DNA of 62,635 nucleotides, counting the filler, from Choristocarpus tenellus KU-1152 (lineage: Eukaryota; Protista; Phaeophyceae), in assembly GCA_964200185.2 (NCBI GenBank). It is 6 parts of 6 records of this genome, joined end to end, with 100 filler letters (N's around TTAATTAATTAA, not from the genome) between each part and the next. Parts side by side here need not be neighbours in the genome. Positions count along the whole stretch, not along the records: positions 1 to 25,603 come from CAXNAD020000184.1; positions 25,704 to 32,528 come from CAXNAD020007264.1; 4 more parts are not named here. One strand, written 5' to 3'. The notes under the pieces were generated by a model, which was not told where the DNA came from, searched no databases, and was given only the letters and a program-made list of their open reading frames with translations. Of the stretch, positions 14,101 through 25,729 are shown piece by piece. Position numbers and translations under genes: made by a program. Each line of letters begins with the position of its first letter. The stretch's first letter is position 1.

Positions 14101-14717
14101 GGTGAAAGATCTCGAGGAGACTCATCCTTGTCCAAAACCTCCACTGTGGATTTCCCAACCCCCATGCCCCGCCTGTACACGTGCGCACTTTTCCACCCGG
14201 ATGTGTCAAAGCTTCCATGGGGTCCACAGGGGCTTTCTGGGGGGAGTGGGGGTCTAAATCGGCGACGGCGGCGTTTCCTTGGCTCCGAAGCACCCCTCTT
14301 GAACGATGCTGCGTCTGTCAGTCGTCGAGCGACGAACAATGACAAGTTGGATTGGTGTACTTCACACTCACAGTCCACACCATCCGTACCGGAGGTACGT
14401 ATCCAGGTCGGCTAATTCTCCACTCACCTAATGTGTTGCCATGGTTTGTGGGTGCCTTGCAAGATGGAGACAATGCCTGCTTCTGAGAACCACCCCCCCG
14501 TATGTTGTGAAGGAGTCGAGATGTCTCGTCCTGGAGCAAATGTGTATATTGATAGAAAGATGGAACGAAAAAACTCGTGAGGAACCCAGAACGCGGATGC
14601 ACCCACTCCGATGGAGTGAGTGAGAAACTCCTTTCGCAAATTCATGGAAGGAAATATGAATGTTACCTGGAGCTCTTGGAGCTCCCCACTCCACCCAGGT
14701 GGCATGGTCCCCGTCAT
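212..14717 (-). CDS. Large multi-exon IQ-motif / WW-domain protein of unknown function; 3' end lies outside the window
   Basis: Exons read by eye, mostly phase-compatible: 14717-14667, 14530-14428, 14314-13254, 13015-12140, 11058-10879, 10279-9836, 9407-9224, 7956-7484, 6980-6861, 6280-6182, 4847-4680, 4196-3630, ~3366-3265 (acceptor uncertain), 2799-2731, 2488-2237, 944-777, 322-212. IQ motif AAAKVQRMYRGHIGRR; WW1 GWIEVRDRNEGELWYYNTSTGQSQWERP; WW2 EEFETDDGVSYWFDRRTGETFWERP; Cys/His cluster CFNCWSKGSGKTCALH...LMCKNW. Start codon is tentative. Confidence 0.8.
1058..1103. repeat. (TG)n microsatellite
   Basis: Perfect dinucleotide run; another imperfect one at ~2835-2864. Confidence 0.95.
1254..1512 (-). 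mobile_element. MITE family A (~260 bp)
   Basis: TIR GAGTSAAAGTATCTTAGAGGGTA; TSD att/att; intronic. Confidence 0.85.
1530..1787 (+). mobile_element. MITE family A
   Basis: GAGTCAAAGTATCTTAGAGGGTA...TACCCTCTAAGATACTTTCACTC; TSD tat/tat. Confidence 0.9.
4620..4670. repeat. 10-bp tandem repeat (CTTGAAA(A/G)CA)x5
   Basis: Direct inspection; lies just inside an intron donor. Confidence 0.9.
5281..5539 (+). mobile_element. MITE family A
   Basis: Full-length copy with both TIRs. Confidence 0.9.
5759..6008 (+). mobile_element. MITE family A
   Basis: Both TIRs; flanked by atgg/atgg. Confidence 0.9.
8304..8402. repeat. 10-bp degenerate tandem repeat (TGTGTTACTG-like) x~10
   Basis: Direct inspection. 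Confidence 0.85.
8698..8955 (-). mobile_element. MITE family A
   Basis: Both TIRs; flanked by caag/caag. Confidence 0.9.
9531..9574. repeat. 8-bp tandem repeat (AATGGTAT)x5
   Basis: Direct inspection. Confidence 0.85.
11184..11359 (+). mobile_element. MITE family B (~175 bp, G-run/C-run TIRs)
   Basis: Consensus GGCTCAAAGTATCTGGGGG...CAGGGTGTCCATTTGGG...CCCCAAATGGACAG...CCCCAGATACTTTGAGCC; TSD tat/tat. Confidence 0.85.
11742..12006 (-). mobile_element. MITE family A (diverged)
   Basis: Both TIRs recognisable; TSD ctt/ctt. Confidence 0.8.
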
Positions 14718-14908
14718 GAAACCTTGTGTTGGACCTGACAGTTTCGAACCAACACCACTATGAATTTGAATAGTTTGGACCCGTTGACAGAATAAGGTAC
14801 TTCTATCGTTTAACCTTTCAGTGACTAAACCTGACACATCTAACTTCCATGTTGAGACCAATGTAGTATTTGTTCAAAGAATATGGACAGGATCGTGTTG
14901 GAATATCC
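14718..14908. promoter_or_regulatory. Putative bidirectional promoter between the WW-protein and monooxygenase genes
   Basis: Divergent predicted ATGs at 14717(-) and 14909(+), ~190 bp apart. Inferred from geometry only. Confidence 0.5.
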
Positions 14909-17900
14909 ATGCCAGCAACCCGTGGACGATACCCCATCGCTATTGTTGGAGCAGGCCCAGTTGGTCTTGCACTGTCAGCACTACTCTCCCGCTTTCAAGT
15001 TCCGTCTATACTGCTGGAAAAGAATGCACGTCTTCCCACTCATCCACAGGCACACTTTATTAACTTGCGAACCATGGAAATACTAAGACACGCTTTCTGT
15101 GGGCTTGACGAAGCAGTTATTAGGAGTTCTCCGCCACAGCGGGAGTGGAGGTGCGGGTTGAAAGTTGTGGGGCTGTACTTGTATGCCGTTGCCAGTGCTG
15201 GGTTGCCAACTAGGTATTGTATCTATTGCTATGTTACCAACTGACGAGTTTTCGCATCTTTCGAACCTTGGCAGGGATTTCATCATGTGCTCTTTGGTCC
15301 TCGGTAGGCAGCTGGCAAGGGTGGACAACTTCGGTGGAGGTAGGCTGCTCCTTACTTCCTAAAGTCGACTTCGGTGTTGCAACTGCGAGAGATGTTTAGG
15401 TGGTGCAGCCAAACACAACCAATGTGTAAAGCCCCCCTCTGCAGTCGTCTCCTCAAGAATTGATTCCTTGCTTAGGACTCCCTACCTTGTTTGAATGTCC
15501 CTGCCTCGTGCAACTACCAGAAAGCGCGAGAACTGCCCGGCAGATACTATCCCCCAGTGCGGTTGTTCACCTCTCACAGAACCGTCTATTGCCCATTCTG
15601 CTGGAAGAAGCTCGCAACTCGGCAACCAAATCCTGTGGGGCCTCAGAGATTGTGTTTGGGATGGAAGTGTTAGGCATCCAGCAAGAGCGCGGTCAGGTCA
15701 GTCTCTCTGTGCGACCGCCAAGTATTGCTGCCAATTCCTGTCCTCAACAGATTTCGTGCGATTACCTCATCGCAGCCGACGGAGCACATAGCATCGTCCG
15801 ACAACATGCTGGGATAGATCTGCATGGGCACCAGGCCATGAGTCACCTGGTAAATATCCACTTCACCTGCGAGAAATTGGTCGAGCGACTTCCTGATCGT
15901 CCCGGGATGCTTTACTTTGTATATAATGAGGTGAGGTGAGACTAAACTTGGTTCTACCTGAGTACGATGAATACTCAAGTTTGGATCTAGTATTATGTGA
16001 TGCTGCCATTCGACATGGCACATGCTTCAGAATATTACAGGGCAGAGTAGAATGCAGTGGGTCACCGGTTACTACAGCAGTGTTCCCTCAAAACAGCAAC
16101 TCGGTCACATGAAGAGGAGGGGGAGATAAATATTGAGACAGTTGGACCATCGGCAATCACCTGCAAAAAGAGTGGACTCCTTGGTGTGTGGGAAGGCACT
16201 GCATGGGTCAGAGGCCTTTAGACCATGCTTTTCTCACAACAAATCTTTTGGCTTCATTGTGAACTTAGGATCAGGCGGTGTAAGGCAAGGCCCAAAGAGC
16301 CACAACTGTTAAGTGCAACGACTGGAATGATGCTAGTATTATTATTTTTTGCCATGTGTTTTCTCTTATATTAGTGCAATACCTCAAACATAGTCCCACC
16401 CCATCTTGATCAGGTTGGGTTCGTGATAATGAATGCAAAGTTGTTACACACAAGAGTCAAGTGTTTTGGGAGTAACACTTGGGGTTATACAAGTTTGTGT
16501 TGTAGAAGGTTAGCTGAGGCTTAAACACCCGGATGTATGTAAGAAATAACTCCTGTGGACCAACTGCAGGAAAATTTGACAAACATCATCGGTGGTTGCA
16601 CATGATGGCTGCTTTGGCAGATGTCTTACATCTGATAATCTGCCTCAATTTACTCCACACCCCTGCAACTTTTTGGTGCCCATTTTGTCCAAAGTTGTTG
16701 AAATGGTTGGACACAATAATATGCTTCATCACTGGAAAATGTTTCCATGCTGTATTTTGTTAGTTCTCCAACATGTGTCCTAGTGAACTTCACTACAGGG
16801 AACAGGTTCCCTCGAAGAAGGCACTGTATCTTCAAGGATGTTGAACTATGAACCACATGTTGGAATAGTCTATTCAATGGGACATGCATTGCAGAGCTGC
16901 TCGAGGTAGCGGTTCTTTGAATATGAGTTTCTTCAAGGGCAGAAGAAATGTAACAGCTATTGCTGTAACAGGATCTCAAGTGTGATGCTTCTTACTCCCC
17001 TCCCCCAGGACATTATTTGTGTGCTTGTGGCTCACAACGTGCAGGAGGGTGAATGGGCCTGCCAGGTGCCCTATTTTCCTCCTCACCAATCAAAAGAGGT
17101 GAGAATCAATTTACTGCATTTGATTTGAAGCAAGTCACCTCTTCCAACTTGATTTGTGAAACTGCTTTTCTTGTTGTCAGGCCTCCTTGTGGCAGCATTT
17201 TTTAAACATGTTAAGAAGACCACTGATCGCACTTCAGTTCTTGAATAGTTCCTGGAACGATGCTGTGTGCACCATTAGCGACAGTTGGTTCGAATTGCCG
17301 CCCTTGCCACCTTAACAGATGTTCACTCAAGAATATGCCCTGAACTGCATCAAGAGCGCGCTGGGGGAAGAAGCTTCGACACTTCCTATCAACATTCAAT
17401 CTGTTCGTCCATGGACCATGAATGCACTTGTGGCTGAATCTTACCAGGATAAAGCCTTTGGTAATATCTTCTTGGCAGGGGATTCAGCGCACCAGTTTCC
17501 ACCAGCAGGAGGCTTTGGCTTGAATACTGGAGTACAGGTACGATGCACGCCTCCCTTGCGTATTGATGTATTAGTATTACCTGTCAAGTTTTCTGTTACC
17601 ACATACGAACTGTCTCTATCACATGTTGAAGTGGATGCATCTCCTGCATTGTAGAGTTTGCCAATTGTACTTGAGAAGATCTTAAGTTTACTCTTGTTCT
17701 TTCATTGCAGCAACCAGTTACAGGATGTTCACACCGTCTCATGCAGGCTGAGGTGCTCAAGTATTGCAGGCATTGGCATCTACTGTATTTCAAGCAGGTC
17801 GACTCTAGGACATTCATGCAATTATGAGCTTCTTGGCTTATCCATCAATGCATGCAGTAGGCTGTTAAGAACTTTGTGTGTGGACGTGACTACCTTGTGT

Positions 17901-20900
17901 GTTGACATTTATGTACTTGTGTGTGTGCTCCCAGGATGCTCATAACTTGGCATGGAAACTGGCTGCAGTACACCATAAAATTTCCAACCCAGACATCCTC
18001 TACACCTATACCCAAGGTTTGTAAGAAAGATTGTGTGTGTGTTGTGTCCTATGATGGACTCCTTTGAAGATGAATACATAAACATGTTCCTTGGCTGCCA
18101 ATTCAGGAAATGTCCTCAGTAGCATCATTTCATCGTAGGGTTAGGGTTAGCTATAACTGTAACTTATGCTTCAAGTGCATATGCTGTATCTTTGTCACAC
18201 TGCACTATATTCTCTGCATTATAAAACATACAGCTTTATATGCGTAAAAATGCCCTGGATATTGGGTACTGCAGATAGTCTATAGTACTATGTGGTAGGA
18301 TACGTAAGTGAATCGCAATTACTGTTACAGTGGGTAACCGTCAAAGGCTTGACCGGACTGGATTACTCATATATAATGCATGAAGCATCCCATTGTATCA
18401 TTGCACTTGCATTCATGTTGTTAGAGCTATATTTCTTCTTGGATTGGGGACCTGGTCCTCTGACACAATGTTGCAATACAGCTTGGACACATCACCTCAG
18501 TCGCAAGACAAAGTCTCTCCTCTTTTCACCGTGAAGAGACAAGGTCTGTCCTTCCCACCTAGGAGGCTTGCATTGAGACAATCAGCCTGTTTGACCAGCA
18601 TGCATCCCTCCCCCCTTGTGATTACACCTTTGTTTCATATGTGGACAAATTACTTGCAGAGAGGCGTTCTGTTGCAAAGCGAAATGCAGCTCTTAGTGTG
18701 GTTAACTACAAGAGGAGCGTAAGGGTCGCAGAGAGCTTGGGTGTCAGCCTAGACCTGGTGAACTCTGGTGTGATAAAGAAGGTGCGTTGGAGTGAGATTT
18801 GTCTGTTGTCTTTGAGGCTATATGCCCTACACCTCCGGGGTAGTGGGATCTACTGCAAGATGAATCCATTAAGATGTAACCTAATTGTCCCTTGTTATGG
18901 TATGGTACTGTTGAGGTCTTGATGTAAGTTATACACTTTTAAGCCTGCATTCCTTGATTCGTGGTGTGTAATTCCAATGATTGCACCTGTTTTGTAAAGA
19001 TTATTGTTCGGTAGATGTAACCGATTTTTGCCCTGTTTCTCTTCCATGCACATAGTGATGTACTGTAGTTAATCAATGAGCCAAAGACTCCTTGACCTAC
19101 ACATTTCCAGGGCCCTACACGGTTGCCCTTCAACAGCTCCATCGGTTCCTGATGGTAAAGGTTTGTCTAACTATATATAATGGTATATGTATCTGTCAGA
19201 TATGCTGACACAGTCACAACGACCATCGTTGTATTTGCCACAGTAAGAAACATTTGCAGAGGGAATATCAAAGGTACGGTCCCGTTTTGCAAAAAGTATC
19301 AATACACAATCAAATAACTACAGTACAATCACAGTAGTAGTTTTAGTTTGACCTCACATTAATGTTCTGGTCTATGGTTGGAGTTCTGTTTTGGCAGTAT
19401 ATGGTTATGGTTGTTTGGACTTGATGGTACAGTTCCAGTTTGGACTTGGAGAGTACAGTCCCAGTTGTACCTATGTTCCTCAGAGTCAACAACGGTGACA
19501 GCATGACCCTTCCATAATTGTTCACGGCAATGGTAGCAGCTCTAGACCGTTCTTGTGTACAGGAGAGCCAATCAACTCATTAACTATTAGTAGAAGATTT
19601 TAAGTCCGGCAGGCTGCCAACTATGCACGTCCTGGAGTATTTTCACCAGGTAAGAAATTGGAGACTGGTGGAGCATTGTGATGCTATACAATTCCCCCCG
19701 AATAGTGTAAGGTATTCTACATGTACCATTGACAGTTTCATCCTTAGTCATACAATACCACCAAATAAACTAAAACAATGTTTAGGAACTAGAGTCAACC
19801 TCACAATCTGTGCCCATTATCATTATTTTAATACAACAGTAGCATTCATATTTTCCCTCTCCAAGAAACGTGTTTCTACTACAGATATTTTACGTTTCAT
19901 GTGGGTATCGTCTGGGTTTCAATGTGTATGGTGGTTATTGATAATGGACACTAGTAATACTAAATATTGAAAATATACACTATGTATGTATTATAGTTAC
20001 TGATTTTGCATTATTGTGCTTTTATGGAAAGTGTGCCACTAGACAGGTTACAATAAGTTAGGACATTCCACCACAGTACGATTGTGCTACAATCACATAT
20101 TCCTCAAGAACTGGACAGTATGGTCATTTGTCATTGTCAATATGGTTGTTCCTTGTTTACCTCAGCTCAAATGAACTTGGTGATAGATCACACACGCACG
20201 CGCGCGCGCGCGCGCGCATTATGTACAGACAAGATTTTATGAATGAAACAAGATTTTTGGATTGATTCTGCTTGCCATCATTGGTGCCCTGAGCATTTGA
20301 AAAATAGTTTATTTCAAGGCACGAAATGATGTAATCATCAATAGTATGGAGGCCTCTTGGCTTGCTGGTGCGAAGTTGATCGCCAGGCTGGAGTACTTCC
20401 ACTTATACTTTACCGTTCTCTTGGTTATAACACTTTAGACAGCCTGGTTGCTGGGCAGTGCTACTTTGACTCAGACATTTTGCTAGTTTTGTCAAGATTC
20501 TGTTAAGGTCAGGCAAGTGCAAAGTACCTAGACCCTCCAATTGCCTGGTCTATGGTCCAGCCTGGTTTCAGTGTTTTTTTTATGTTTCCAAACCCTCTCT
20601 ACCATAGTGTTGTAGCAGCCCAGTCTGTGGGATGGCGTGGTTCCAAACCCTGTCCAGGGTTGTTATGTATATTTATGGTCCAGTGAAGTAATTTGTGTAA
20701 TTTGGCCCTTGGTGCATGATGAATGTGTGTGAGTGTGTACTGTTGTCTTTCCCCTGGCATCTTTGAAGCGTCGAAGGACATAGTATACTGTAGAATATTA
20801 TTCTCTACTTTAGAACATGATAAATAGTATAAGAGATAGAAGTGTACTGAGTTGTTGTATTACATGTTATATAGTATGTGTATCAACCCTATACAGTAAG

Positions 20901-23283
20901 CTTAGTGAGTTGGTCTGAAATCATTTGTTCGGCCCGGGAAGGGGTGGAATGTTTCAACAGGACCAATCCAGGGCCATCATATTTCAATGAGAACGGGGCT
21001 ACACTACAGCCTGATAGAATGTTTTTTTTGTGACCAACCCAGTGCCGTCATGTATTTCAACAATGTTGCTCCATGGCCTGGTATCAATGTCTCTAGCAAG
21101 GTCAGTCCAATGACACAATATATTTCTACAGGCTAGGCCACAGTCGTGGTCCAGATCTCAGATCTGATAACTGCCAGGCCCAATGAAAGGCTCTGATTTT
21201 GTCAGCTGCTCATGAATCACCATATCCTTTGGATAGGCACACTCAAGAAGCTAGTGCCATCATTGGAAAGAAAATACTTTAGGGCTCTAGATCTAAAGCA
21301 GTTTTCAGGTTGCGCACACACTTTCTACTAATGAGTGATTTATGACCTCTTTGTCCTTTGAGCTTTCATTGTAATCTGTGAGGTGTGGTGTTGGGATGGA
21401 CAGATGCGCCCCTGAGTATTCTCTTTGGACCTTAATGTTCTTGGAATCATGGAATCATGATGTTCTTCTCTCTCGTGGTTGCAAGTGATTAGTGGCTAGA
21501 CCTATTTCTCATCATTCCCCCTTCTTTTCATTTTTTTCTTGTGTCTATTGTTCCTCCTTCATGCCACTGATCACAGATCTGAGACTCCTCAGACTATTGT
21601 GAAGATAGCAGTAAGAGATGTTGTCATTCAAAATGTCAGAGCTTTTGATTTGTTTGGACAGTTAGCATCGTCAGTGTCCATTGCCACTGGCAGCCTGTGG
21701 GCCAACCATGTTGAGGCAATTGACAACCATGAACCAGCCCAGTTAAAATAAGTGGACACAGGTTGGCCCACGGCCCAGTCATGCTACTAAACAGTTGACA
21801 ACCATAGTTTTTTTTTTAGTATTATACCGGACCAGCCGGGTCAAATTGGTTTGGGGCAGCCCTGTCAAATATTGTCCTACATTATTTGAAGTATGTGTGG
21901 AAATTAGCAGGTGGTTTGTGTATCCCTATAGTCACTCCCTTCCCCATCAGTGTGTCAAGATTAAGTGGTATTGAACTGGGTCAGGATGTACCATATGTGG
22001 CTTAACATGGTAGCAGCCTCCAACCTGGTCTGCGTAAAATTTTGGTAGTACTGATCTGGACTTGTCAGAAAATTTTGAAACCTGTCCGGCCCATACACTG
22101 GTGCCTTTGCACTTGCCAGGTCTGGCAAGAAGTCATGACAATTGCTCTGTGTGTGCCTCTCCTAGATCTTGTTCGCGCTTCTTGTTTGTAGATCATTGTA
22201 TCTCTGCACATGATAGAACACACACACAGCACATCTCCAACTTGCCATGATTCAACCCTCAACCCTGACTTTATCCCTCTTGTATGCTACATTCTGCAGC
22301 TTGCAGAACAGCCGCTCGGATTTCTGATAGGTGACCCTTCTAGCAGGAGTAGAGTGGCGGATGCTGCGCTTCAGTTCGGGCGCAGACACCTCCGGAGCCT
22401 CAAGTATCCAGGACATCCATATGGCGAACTCAGACTCCATTTGCTTCGCAAATTGCTGGCTGCAGGAGGAAGTCTGCCTCTCCTGTTTCCTGCCCATGAT
22501 GTGGGGTTCATATATGAAAGTGGAGCTCTTGTACAACCAACTGCAAGACTTAACAGTGCCAAGAGGAGGCAAGATGATGGGGAGATTACACCTCTTGTCA
22601 CTGGTGGACGCATGCCTCATTTCCCTCTTGCCCCTGCTACTGCCTCAGTTTTGCAGGCATCCCAGGCGTTTGGTGAGAGAAAGGACCTATGCCTCACCAC
22701 GGTGGATTTACCCGACCAGCTCAGGGGCATCCTCTGTACAACTGGTTGTCCAGAGAGCAAGTTGGCGATGGTTCTGGTTATTCTGGAGGGGGCCTCAGGG
22801 GAGTGGGCCAATGCGGTCAAAACCTTCCAAGAAGGAGGCAGCCAGACCTCAGGGACTAAGACTATGATGACAACTCTTTTTGTCACTAGCCATGCACAAG
22901 GGGTGATGCAAGGTTCTCCTGTATGTGAATCATGTCCAGCGGCAGAGGATGCTGAGGGATGTTCTCATAGTGCTGCTGGGGATGGGGTTATATTGACTTC
23001 AGTGGAACGATTGTCACCTTTCCTGGGCAAAAAAACATTGCTTTGTGCGTGTGAGGAAGAGAGGTGTGAGGGGTGGCATTCTGAACTGTATGGTGTGGAT
23101 ATTACTGGGCGACTGAAGGCTGCCTTTGATAGTGCAGGTGCAGAAGCTGTGCTGTTGCGCCCTGATGGGCACATTGGATTTTTAGCAACACGACGGTCAA
23201 GCATGAATGGGGAGAGATCTCAGGTGCTGGCACAGCTGATTGAGGCCATGCGGTCTTGCTTTCATGGCTTGGAGCAGGGCTGA
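14909..23283 (+). CDS. FAD-dependent aromatic-ring monooxygenase, PheA/TfdB family (FAD_binding_3; 2,4-dichlorophenol/phenol hydroxylase-like)
   Basis: Exons 14909-15150, 15275-15339, 15521-15930, 17009-17098, 17319-17537, 17935-18016, 18660-18781, 22300-23283, all GT-AG and in phase. Motifs: Rossmann IVGAGPVG, HPQAHFINLRTMEI, DG motif YLIAADGAHS, GD motif [33 protein letters not shown], C-terminal AVLLRPDGHIG. Confidence 0.9.
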
Positions 23284-24772
23284 TCAGATTGTTAGTCACT
23301 ATCAATAATCTAATCATGACTCTGAGCAATGATACAAGCTTTCTGTGCCTCAAGCACTACGTGCCCAAAGTGTCAACCTTGAGATACTTCAACTTGTTTT
23401 CTCAATGTTTCTGTGCTGTGGTGCAAACCATGACTGCTGCTTTGCTCCTCTGCTAATCTTGCAGAATGTTCTACACAGAATGGTGCAATGATATACATCC
23501 TATTTGTCATCACAATAATACCTGGAGTTTTGTTGTTAATTGTGTTACTCCACCGTCTACATTTAGTTAGAATCCTTGGTGCATTTATCCTTTGGTGCCT
23601 GCATAGTAGTAGTTTGTACAAGGGCACATGAATGGGGGAAACCCTAGAGACATGACACTGCGATTGCATGTGTTGTATCTGATCCATGAGGGTGCAACCT
23701 ACAGATATATGTAGCTTGCATCAACACGACATAGAACTGAAGTGCGTTATACTTGACAGTATACTCCCAAATGATAGTGCTTCAAAGTATTGTTCATCTC
23801 ATAGTTTAGGATCTAGAGTTACACTGGTTGTGCAAAGTACTGCATTGTATTTGTAATTCACATTTTGAGGTTCAGATATCGTATTCCTTCTTATATCTTG
23901 TTTATGAAGCGTGAGGAAGACAAATTGGGATGATTTGGGAGGACAAGAGTATTCCGGCAAATCATACCCATTGGATACCTACGATTTTCATTTATTGCAA
24001 CAAATCGAAACCGAAAATGGAGAGGTTGTTTTCGACTGGTTATATTTCGCGTGAATGCGCTCTGCTGACGGAGATTGGCGAGTCACGCACCTCAATTCAT
24101 GCCCCCTGTGTGAGCTTCAATTATATGACTTGAATAAAGTACTACGTCGTACATCAGATTATTTGACGGTTTATATATTTTCATTAGTGCTTTCAATTTA
24201 CAACACGAGATTTGCCCATTCATTCCAGGGGGAAATGGTCAATGCTGCTTCAACATCAATAAATGATAACCTCTTGCTAAACCCAGCCCTCCCACAATCA
24301 AACTCGAAAGTGCAATGACCTCTGACATAAGTCTTGAGTACCACTTTTTGTCTAGTTGCAGGAGATTAGCCTGTCTTTCAGTCAGACAAGAGGATGCAGA
24401 CATGGAGCTGTAACACAGTGGCTCTTACTTCTAGTACAGTCATGAAATCTGGTCCTCCTCTTGCTCAGTGCTGGTACTAGGCCTTTCTGATGTCCGAGTA
24501 ACGTGACAGAGCTTTTCCTGGATGTGCTCCTTGAGTCGCTTGTGATGTGTATACTCAATCCCAACACCAAGGGACTGCAGTTCAATACAGTGGTACAGAT
24601 GAAAAGATGATCTTTGAAACTTCATGTGGAGGAGGTACTTGTTTTTCAGTTGTCAAGGATCCTAATCGGTTGGAGACCAGTAATTGGCAGGGAGTCAAAT
24701 ATAACGTGTTGCTTACACCTACGGCAAAATGTGTTGTGTTTGTGTATCGTATTGTATTTGCCTGCCAGACCA

Positions 24773-24947
24773 GAGCCAAAGTAAACGAGAGATATCCAGG
24801 TTTGGTCAATGGTTTCTCTGTTGTTTGAGATCCTTAAACAGGATTCAGACAATATCCTACACACTTTTGTAAAAAATGTCCAATTTTGAACATAGTTGTC
24901 AGCATCCTTTAAGTCCAACTCTGGGTATCCCTCGCTTACTTTGACTC
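24773..24947 (+). mobile_element. MITE family C
   Basis: Inverted ends GAGCCAAAGTAAACGAGAGATATCCAG...CTGGGTATCCCTCGCTTACTTTGACTC; the right half recurs at ~31714-31776 and ~39202-39268. Confidence 0.75.
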
Positions 24948-25584
24948 GCCAATCCTTCATCATTTTCTCCTTTTGTAGAACTTGTGTAGATCAAACTTTT
25001 CCTCTGATATGGTGGACAAACACAACACAACAGCAACTACGTTGAAGAATTCAAATGGTCAAGAAGAAGTGCTACTTTGAAGAATGATACTCTTGACCCT
25101 ATCCAATGTTCCAGCTCAGAGACTTGGCATGAGGGTAGCATCATACTACTGATAACTCGGGAAAGGTGCGTTCTATATTTGGATGATATTTCATGCAGAA
25201 TCTCTATGATATCATACATGCACATGAAGATATAATCAAGTATAGTGTCAACTCAGTACTTCATAGACGTTGCTCATTTCAGGGACCAACACAAGCTACG
25301 GATGACATGCCTCTGGATTATACCCATTTTGACATTTGATCTGGAATATTTTCACCTTGAGACAATCTTTCTGGAAGTTGGTGTCATCACTCTCGCTCAC
25401 CATGCTAGCAATACAGGAGGATGACAGAGGTATGAACACCTGGGGGAAAGGGGGGTTAGTGCTCCTACAAATAGTATATTGAAACTGGAAACACTTGTTA
25501 CAATTGGTGTATTGAGTTCAAAATATTATTTCAAGTATATCTGTAGCACAATATTCTTTGTTGACTATTGTTCAACATGTAGTT

Positions 25585-25603
25585 GGCTCAAAGTATCTGG
25601 GGG
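25585..25603 (+). mobile_element. MITE family B left TIR at contig end
   Basis: GGCTCAAAGTATCTGGGGG directly before the N-linker. Confidence 0.7.
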
Positions 25604-25703
25604 NNNNNNNNNNNNNNNNNNNNNNNNNNNNNNNNNNNNNNNNNNNNTTAATTAATTAANNNNNNNNNNNNNNNNNNNNNNNNNNNNNNNNNNNNNNNNN
25701 NNN
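25604..25703. other. Artificial contig linker (N44-TTAATTAATTAA-N44)
   Basis: Six-frame stop spacer between N runs. Confidence 0.98.
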
Positions 25704-25729
25704 AGCAATCTCCCCCGGTTTATCACCTT

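Noticed and set aside
18782-22299. Nested gene or intact transposon in the 3.5-kb monooxygenase intron
   Set aside because: Only scattered GGCCC-type motifs and a possible CCCTG end near 21863; no matching TIR pair, TSD or coherent ORF.
24646-24963. 105-aa ORF as a gene
   Set aside because: Mostly overlaps the family-C MITE (24773-24947); no recognisable domain.
25648-25659. Recurrent TTAATTAATTAA palindrome as a biological motif
   Set aside because: Always centred in N-runs with identical 100-bp geometry; it is a six-frame-stop assembly linker.
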